Positions 57,821-64,000 of a DNA stretch of 64,000 bases are shown piece after piece. Below the pieces are notes generated by a model. It saw only the letters and a list, made by a program, of their open reading frames with translations, did no database searches and was not told the DNA's origin. The translations under genes were made by a program, and so were the position numbers. The stretch is from an uncultured Candidatus Bathyarchaeia archaeon (lineage in GTDB: Archaea > Thermoproteota > Bathyarchaeia > TCS64). The number at the start of each line of letters is the position of its first letter. Within the stretch, counting starts at the first letter, position 1. Location of the stretch: assembly GCA_964529745.1 (NCBI GenBank), contig CAZGZR010000002.1:1682-65681 (forward strand), read 5' to 3'.

Positions 57821-59680
57821 CTACTTGTTGTTCCATGCATCCCAAGCCTGTCTCTCATGATCTTCTTCACTGATCAGTCCCATCGAGTTAAACGGTTCAA
57901 AGATGTCTGGATCATACATAAAACTCCAAATCGCTACTTCCACGTCCAATTCTTTCGTCAGATCGAAGAACCTCTCTATGAATTCAGCCTGCTCTGTTTC
58001 GCTGCTCTCCCAACCCTCTGGCGAGTCTGAACAGTGCCAACCCATCTCGGTAAACGCGACTGGTTTCGAGACATGTGACATTATTTCGGTATAGTGATCG
58101 GGCGGGATGTCTGTTACTTCTCGATAGAAGAGACCTGGATACGTTGTGAAAGCTACAACGTCAAGCTTGAAGCGGTCGATCATTTCCCAGTGGGGTTCGT
58201 TTTCTTTGATCTCCCACATGTCCAAGCCCTTCATGGTCTCAAGCTGAAACACCGTGAATACCTTGGTGTTTGGAGAAACCTCCTTGATCGCATCATAAAC
58301 CTGGTTGTAGAACGGTACGAACTCCTCGAAGGCCTCCGGGTTTTTCTCGGCGAAAATGTTTGTCTCGACGCCGATCCCGAGATAAGCTGGCTTATATTCT
58401 CCTACAAAATCTAGCGTTGAATCTAGGTATTCTTGTTTATAATCCTCTAAAGGCCTGAATAAGGCACCTGTTTCTTGAATGTAGTGTCCCACTTCAATGA
58501 TTGGGGTATAGTGATATTGCCGTGATAGCTCTGTAAAGGTTTTAGGGGCCCCACCCTCAGATACCTCGATCCAGTCTCCGGCCCATAGTAACATGTCCTG
58601 GGTTTCCCCAACCTTTTCTAGAAAATCAGTGAAATCTTCTGGTTCGAAACTTTTTGGAGAAACACTCACCCCCTTTAACGGCTTCTGCTTTTTGTATGCA
58701 ACATAGATGTCTGCCTCGAGCATGTTTCCTTCGTCGTCATAGAAATGGTGTGTAAAGTAGACGTTACCTTGATTGTCCAGTGATGGTTCTCCAGCCAGGG
58801 TCTTTATCATCAACTCTGGTTCCGTCCATTCGCCATCGACTCGTTTCGACCGGTAGAGATTGGATGCGCCTTCGAGCCTGGTGAACCACATCTCAGATCC
58901 ATCGGGGGAGACCCAAGGCCAGCCTTCACTGTACTCAGAGTTTATTACGCTGATGCTGGATGGTTCTCCCCATTCTCCATCCTCCATCTTTGACACCCAT
59001 ATATCGTATCCGCCTTTTCCTGGTCTAGCCGAGTGGAAATACAATTCATCGCCTACGATGTGAAGCTCACCCACTTCATACGATGAGTTAAAGTCAGAGA
59101 GAAGCCAGTTTGTCCACTCCCCATCGGCATAATCTGCAGTAAACCAATGCAAATCCGTGTACCCTTCCCGTACAGAACAGAACCACATCTTGTCCCCGTC
59201 TATGAACTCGCATCCGTCGAGAACAGGGGTGCCCGGTTCACAGAGCCATACTCTTTCTGGAGTACTCCATTGACCATCCTGCAGCTTCGACACATATATC
59301 CCGGTCACCAGGTCAACCGCTTGAGCATGAACATCCATGAGATTGTCAGGGGTAAACCAAAAGTACAGGGTATCCCCACCGGGCAACATATACGCGGAGT
59401 CTTCCGCTCCTCTGGTGTTTATCGGGTATGGAAGTGGTTCTGGCTGGTGGTATTCGGGTGATATGGTTATCGGTGGATGCGGGTCTGTTTCAGGAGTTAT
59501 TTTAACCATAACGTCTGGGATCTTGCTTTCCCTTGAGGGAACGATGATTTCTTCTTTTTCCTCCGATGTCCCTTGAGCGTCATCATCTCCTGTATCTTCA
59601 TCTGGTACACGTTTTACTGAGATGAAGCCAACTAACATTATGACTGCGATGACTACAACTAAGAGGAGGTTCTTCCGCAT
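57821..59680 (-). CDS. Secreted/membrane-anchored fusion: TolB-like (PD40) beta-propeller repeats + C-terminal GH5-like (beta-mannanase/cellulase-like) TIM-barrel glycoside hydrolase
   Basis: N-terminal signal/anchor MRKNLLLVVVIAVIMLVGF. PD40-like repeats (GDTLYFWFTPDN, GDKMWFCSVREG, GDELYFHSARPGKGGYDIWVS, DGSEMWFTRLEG). C-terminal VAFTEMGW motif and several conserved Trp/Glu. Confidence 0.55.
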   Translation of the reverse strand: MRKNLLLVVVIAVIMLVGFISVKRVPDEDTGDDDAQGTSEEKEEIIVPSRESKIPDVMVKITPETDPHPPITISPEYHQPEPLPYPINTRGAEDSAYMLPGGDTLYFWFTPDNLMDVHAQAVDLVTGIYVSKLQDGQWSTPERVWLCEPGTPVLDGCEFIDGDKMWFCSVREGYTDLHWFTADYADGEWTNWLLSDFNSSYEVGELHIVGDELYFHSARPGKGGYDIWVSKMEDGEWGEPSSISVINSEYSEGWPWVSPDGSEMWFTRLEGASNLYRSKRVDGEWTEPELMIKTLAGEPSLDNQGNVYFTHHFYDDEGNMLEADIYVAYKKQKPLKGVSVSPKSFEPEDFTDFLEKVGETQDMLLWAGDWIEVSEGGAPKTFTELSRQYHYTPIIEVGHYIQETGALFRPLEDYKQEYLDSTLDFVGEYKPAYLGIGVETNIFAEKNPEAFEEFVPFYNQVYDAIKEVSPNTKVFTVFQLETMKGLDMWEIKENEPHWEMIDRFKLDVVAFTTYPGLFYREVTDIPPDHYTEIMSHVSKPVAFTEMGWHCSDSPEGWESSETEQAEFIERFFDLTKELDVEVAIWSFMYDPDIFEPFNSMGLISEEDHERQAWDAWNNK

Positions 59681-59923
59681 AATGGTTCAAAATATACTGG
59701 ACATGAAAATATTGAGGAACAGTAATCCATTTCATTCTAGTACAAGCAATCTAATCACACACAAATCAACCCGTTGTTTTTATGTGCGCGGACAAATCTT
59801 AGCGCTACAAGTTTGGTGTGTACACGTTTCATAGTCTAATTGTTTGTCTCCACCAGCCAGCAGCTACTTTTTCCGTCATTTGACGGTATAAATCTTAATT
59901 CATGTTGGATTTTAATGCTACAC

Positions 59924-60937
59924 ATGGGCGTAGACATCCCATGTGAGCAAGAGTTCAAGGATTTACTGTCAAGTAGAGGAGAATCAGAGGAAGCCATGTG
60001 TGATGCTTTGAGCCACGTTTCCGAGTACCTCGCCTTCCTTGAATTAAACGGCGTCAGAATCGATGGTGCAAGCGTTGACGACGTGAAAAACTACGTCAAG
60101 GGCTTGATGCTGAGTGGGCAGAACACCTATGGGAGGATGTTAGCCTTATGCATGTACATCAACATACTCGGGTACCTAGACCAGTACCTATATCTGGCGG
60201 AGCTGGTAGGAGGCGCACCCCTATACCAGTCATACCGTGAAAGGACGAGGGAGATCGCGGGAGAGGAGGCAGCCAGTAAGGTGTTTGACTCCATGAACCT
60301 GCCGCCGATCGGTACATCCGCTGAGGGTTTCCCGGAGTACACGCGGACGATGATGAACCGAATGAGTGCAGAGCTGGACGAGGAGCAGCGCATCAAGGTT
60401 CTCGCAGGCAACCACCATAAACGGCCACCACGATCATTCGATGCGAAGAAGCTTCTCTACGAGGACTCAGAGAATCTTGATGATTTTCTGAGGAGAGACC
60501 ATGAAAGCGTGGTAGAGCTTCTTGAGGAGCATATGAGGGATGGCCGCCTCTGGTATAGGAAGAAGGTTAGCCAAGAGTTCATCGACTATATCAAGGCGGA
60601 TCAGGAGAGGTTGTCGGCTCGCAGGGAAGGAGACACTCTGTACATCAAACAGATACCATACGAGTTCGATGAATACCTCAGCGAGACCGATCCGGTGAAG
60701 AAACGGTACCATTTCTGCCACTGTCACCTGGCACGAAGAAGCATCATCGAAGGCGAACCTGTTCCAAGCGAGTTCTGTCACTGCAGCGGAGGCTACCTGA
60801 AACAGCCCTATGAACATATTTTAGGCGAGGAGCTCGAAGTTAGGGTTCTCAAATCAGCGATGGGCGGCGATGATGAATGCAGGTTCGCCGTGAAGCTACC
60901 ATCAGACTGGGAAAAGAACACAAATGATGGCTACTAG
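59924..60937 (+). CDS. Hypothetical protein with C-terminal Cys/His-rich metal-binding motif
   Basis: RYHFCHCHLARRS...EFCHCSGGY...DECRF. The start is uncertain: ATGs at 59915 and 59924, and the ORF begins at 59840. Confidence 0.45.
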   Translation: MGVDIPCEQEFKDLLSSRGESEEAMCDALSHVSEYLAFLELNGVRIDGASVDDVKNYVKGLMLSGQNTYGRMLALCMYINILGYLDQYLYLAELVGGAPLYQSYRERTREIAGEEAASKVFDSMNLPPIGTSAEGFPEYTRTMMNRMSAELDEEQRIKVLAGNHHKRPPRSFDAKKLLYEDSENLDDFLRRDHESVVELLEEHMRDGRLWYRKKVSQEFIDYIKADQERLSARREGDTLYIKQIPYEFDEYLSETDPVKKRYHFCHCHLARRSIIEGEPVPSEFCHCSGGYLKQPYEHILGEELEVRVLKSAMGGDDECRFAVKLPSDWEKNTNDGY

Positions 60938-61263
60938 AGTATCTTCTGTACTCTACCGACTTTTTCATCAGTGTGCTTTACCTTGATGCCTAGTTTAATG
61001 TTGCTGCGTACCCTTTCCGTCCTGCCTCATATTGATACACCGGAGACACCTAGTACCTCACCTAGCATAGCTAACCTAAAGGCCGGACGTAACCCGTCGA
61101 TGCACCCGTAAGAACCATAGAGAAAAAGCGCTCCAAACGAGGATACCACGAGGTTCGGTTATAATGGTGTTGTATATAGTCTAGTCGTTTACATGGTCGG
61201 TTCGTGTACGTAGGGATAAAATTTAATCCACGAACCATGCTAAAAAAGGGTGAAGGATCCGCC

Positions 61264-62439
61264 ATGGAGATAGGTAGAGACATAGAGAAGGTGAGAGCCG
61301 AGTTCCCCGTCCTCAAGACTAAGGCCTACATGAACAGCGCCGCCCACGGCCCCACGCTGATGCGTGTACACGACGCCACGGAGGAGTGGTGGAGACACAG
61401 GATCAACGAGGAGCGGGTCGAGCCCCCCGACGCGGCCTCCGAGGCCGCCAAGATGCTGAACGTGGGCACGGACGAGATATGCTTGGTGAACAGGGTCAGC
61501 CAGGCCCTCAACACCGTGGCCTCCATGATGAAGCCCGAGAGAGGGCAGAACATAGTCGTCACCGACCTGGGCTACCAGAGCAACGTCTACGTCTGGATGC
61601 CCTATAGTATGCAAGGCGTCGAGATCAGGCGCATAAGGCACAGGGACGGCGTCATCGACGTAGATGACTTCGAGAAGGCTATAGACGACGAGACCCGCGC
61701 CGTGTGCATAAGCGAGATCGAGTGGACCAGTGGCGTCAGGTACCCCATGAGGGAGATAAGCGATATAGCCCACGGCCACGGCGCCTACGTGGTTAACGAC
61801 GCCTACCAGGCGGTGGGCGCCGTTGACATAGACGTCAGCTCCGAGGACGTGGACTTTTTCACCTTCGGCAGCGAGAAGTGGCTCTGCTGCCCAGCCATGA
61901 CAGGCGTACTCTACGTTAAGCGTAGCCTCCAAGACGAGTTCGAGCCCACCTACATGAACTACGGCAACGTCGAGGAGGCGTTCAGGGACGGCGCCCCATG
62001 GGAGAAGCCGGGCCACGACAACATAGAGTCCTACAGCGGGGCGCTCTACCCCGACGCACGGAAATACGGCCGAGGCTGCGTCAGCGAGGAGCACACGTGG
62101 GGCTTCCACGCCTGCCTCAGCTACTTCAACCAGCTGGGCACCAAGAACATCCAGAGGAGGACCGCCAGACTCAGCCAACACCTCATAGAGGGGCTGCTGG
62201 AGCAGCCGGTCAAGGTGAACACCCCATTGGAGCCCGGTGAAAGAGGCGGGCTGGTGACCTACAACACGGGGAGCTTCGAGAAGAACCAGAAGATATACGA
62301 CGAACTCAGGAAGAACGACGTGATAGTCGCCCACAGGTACGCGGCTGGCGTCGGCGGCATCAGGGTCTCGTGCCACTTCTTCAACACCGAGGAAGAGGTG
62401 GACCGGCTACTGGATATACAGGATAAAATCCTCAGGTGA
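61264..62439 (+). CDS. Class V aminotransferase (cysteine desulfurase/isopenicillin-N-epimerase-like PLP enzyme)
   Basis: The fold-type I class V pattern includes FFTFGSEKWLCCPAMTG (PLP Lys). ATG at 61264. Confidence 0.75.
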   Translation: MEIGRDIEKVRAEFPVLKTKAYMNSAAHGPTLMRVHDATEEWWRHRINEERVEPPDAASEAAKMLNVGTDEICLVNRVSQALNTVASMMKPERGQNIVVTDLGYQSNVYVWMPYSMQGVEIRRIRHRDGVIDVDDFEKAIDDETRAVCISEIEWTSGVRYPMREISDIAHGHGAYVVNDAYQAVGAVDIDVSSEDVDFFTFGSEKWLCCPAMTGVLYVKRSLQDEFEPTYMNYGNVEEAFRDGAPWEKPGHDNIESYSGALYPDARKYGRGCVSEEHTWGFHACLSYFNQLGTKNIQRRTARLSQHLIEGLLEQPVKVNTPLEPGERGGLVTYNTGSFEKNQKIYDELRKNDVIVAHRYAAGVGGIRVSCHFFNTEEEVDRLLDIQDKILR

Positions 62440-62546
62440 ATCCAGCCCCCTTCATGAATCCCTGATATATAGCATAAAGCATGGGTAAATCCTCGGTATC
62501 ATGCTTACTCAATCATTATAAAACCGGCTGCCTACGAGTAGAGACG

Positions 62547-64000
62547 ATGCCTAGACACGGCCCCATTCTGCTAGCGTTAGGTTTAGCGGTGTTTTTGACC
62601 CTTGTATGCGGCTCGCCGGTCGCACACGGTGCTGAAGCCGATATAACGGTGATCCAGTGCTACGTCTCGGACGAGCGGGTCGATGTGGGGCAGGAGGTCA
62701 CGGTGGGTTTCAGGCTGGTGTGGACCGACACGGGGGTGCCCCTCGACCATGGAAGCGTATACATCGTCGGGGACAGCCAGAGCAAGTCAGGGTGGATGAA
62801 CGGGTGGGTCATATTCACCGACACCTGCGATGATCCCTACATCAAGGAGTGGGAAGTAGCCTATGTGAACTATTACGGCGTGCCTAAGACCGTGCAGATG
62901 GAGAAGGACCCCCCGAGATGTGTATTCGATAGGGTGGATATCACCCTGATACCCGAGTACGAGAGGACCGACGTCGGCGAGGAGCCCAACATTATATTCT
63001 ACGCCATATACGCGTCCAACTACGAGACCTTCAACGGCACCATCCGTCTCAACTACACTGACAGCTTGGACCACATAGGCAGGAGAGGAGTGACGGTGGA
63101 CTTCATCGAAGACCCGTATTACGGCATACACAGCTTCGCGTCCAACACCGTCAAGATCACGTGGGACAAGGTGCAGGTGGACCTTTACAGCCCCAGGAAA
63201 CGGTACAACCCGGGACAACAAGCAACCATCGAGTGCCTCGCCTACTACGAGTCCGACACCAAGCCGTTCCTCGGGAAGATCACGCTCAACGACACCCTGG
63301 TCCAGGACGATGTGGGCCGCCACAGGTACACCGTGGAGTCCATAATGGACTGGAACAACGGGATAACCTTGTTCACGACCGAGACCATAGACGTCATCTT
63401 CGACAAGGTGCTGGTCGAGGTGGGGGTGGAGGACACCAGGATAGGCGTCGGCGAGAAGGCGGATATCAGGTACGATGCACGATACGCCTACGACGACTCA
63501 CCTTTCTCGGGCAACGTGTCCTTCACGGCGGCCAGGAAGGACTTCGTGGGTAAGGAGGATGTAACGGTCTGGCGGATAGTGGACAGGCTATGGTTCCTGG
63601 ACACCTTCGAGGCCAACTCCGTCGAGGTCGTGTGGGACAGGGTCAAGGTTGACATCGAGGCCCCGGACACAAGGGTGGACGTCGGAGAGGAGGTGACGGT
63701 GGGGTACAGCGCCTGCTACGAGTACGACGGCACGCCTCTCGCCGAGGGGGAGGTGACGCTCAACGCGGAGTCGATAAGGAGGGAGGACGTGGGCAACTAC
63801 ACGTTCACCGTAGCGGAGGCGCATGGAGGGCTATACGACATAGGCGCCGTGGACGCCGACGAGTTGACCGTGGTGTGGGACCGGGTGGAGTTCACGCCCA
63901 GGGAGCCCATCACACGCATCCTGGAGGCGCGCCAAGTGAAGCCCGTAATGGTAGGGGTCTACGCCTACGACGGCACGCCCTTCAAGGGAAGCTACGAGCT
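62547..64000 (+). CDS. Secreted protein with tandem ~95-aa repeat modules (partial; continues beyond the window end)
   Basis: Signal peptide MPRHGPILLALGLAVFLTLVCG. Repeats of the form TVVWDRVKVDIEAPDTRVDVGEEVTVGYSACYEYDGTPL.EGEVTLN. No stop occurs before 64000, which is why it is absent from the ORF track. Confidence 0.6.
   Translation, partial: MPRHGPILLALGLAVFLTLVCGSPVAHGAEADITVIQCYVSDERVDVGQEVTVGFRLVWTDTGVPLDHGSVYIVGDSQSKSGWMNGWVIFTDTCDDPYIKEWEVAYVNYYGVPKTVQMEKDPPRCVFDRVDITLIPEYERTDVGEEPNIIFYAIYASNYETFNGTIRLNYTDSLDHIGRRGVTVDFIEDPYYGIHSFASNTVKITWDKVQVDLYSPRKRYNPGQQATIECLAYYESDTKPFLGKITLNDTLVQDDVGRHRYTVESIMDWNNGITLFTTETIDVIFDKVLVEVGVEDTRIGVGEKADIRYDARYAYDDSPFSGNVSFTAARKDFVGKEDVTVWRIVDRLWFLDTFEANSVEVVWDRVKVDIEAPDTRVDVGEEVTVGYSACYEYDGTPLAEGEVTLNAESIRREDVGNYTFTVAEAHGGLYDIGAVDADELTVVWDRVEFTPREPITRILEARQVKPVMVGVYAYDGTPFKGSYE

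Noticed and set aside
61240-62376. 378-aa minus-strand ORF
   Set aside because: It is antisense to the class-V aminotransferase and is GC-rich Ala/Gly/Val/Leu filler.

Overview
This is a GC-rich (about 55-60%) euryarchaeal chromosomal segment with AT-rich islands. Euryarchaeal markers are archaeal-type ProRS, r-protein L40e, a PGF-CTERM archaeosortase substrate, a KaiC-like ATPase and a tungsten AOR. Positions 2.2-18 kb hold an amino-acid/nitrogen catabolism neighbourhood: DSD1-type PLP enzyme, aspartase, asparaginase, M19 dipeptidase, gcvPA/gcvPB, a Liv-type ABC transporter, nitroreductase and nitrilase. Their promoters share a palindromic ATAATATTAT motif, often present as two spaced copies. 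Positions 18.7-29 kb carry a quinone oxidoreductase, two tandem rhodanese paralogs plus TusA, an OYE-type flavin reductase, an internally duplicated unknown protein, an amidohydrolase, a secreted FG-GAP beta-propeller with PGF-CTERM, and an LLM oxidoreductase. At 28.2-32.0 kb there is an integration hotspot at tRNA-Leu(TAG). It has three additional partial copies of the tRNA 3' end (att-like), a frameshifted tyrosine-integrase pseudogene and an AT-rich three-gene cassette whose last protein has a HEPN-like Rx6H motif. Positions 32-52 kb hold M24 peptidase, a CheY-like response regulator, MFS transporter, MBL hydrolases, a Cys-rich Fe-S protein, a KaiC-like ATPase + GH3-family adenylating enzyme + membrane/DUF835-like cluster, proS, a HemK-like methyltransferase, arcC, GH1 beta-glycosidase, rpl40e, alaX-S, ggt, and AOR + ferredoxin + MoaD. 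At 52.8-57.5 kb a 4.6-kb integrated rolling-circle plasmid-like element sits in tRNA-Arg(CCT), flanked by 27-bp direct repeats. It carries a tyrosine integrase, an RHH protein, 26-bp iterons, two unknown cargo genes and a phiX-like HUH Rep. It is followed by a decayed third att copy. The window ends with a secreted TolB-like/GH5-like fusion, a Cys/His-rich unknown, a class-V aminotransferase and a partial secreted repeat protein running off the window.
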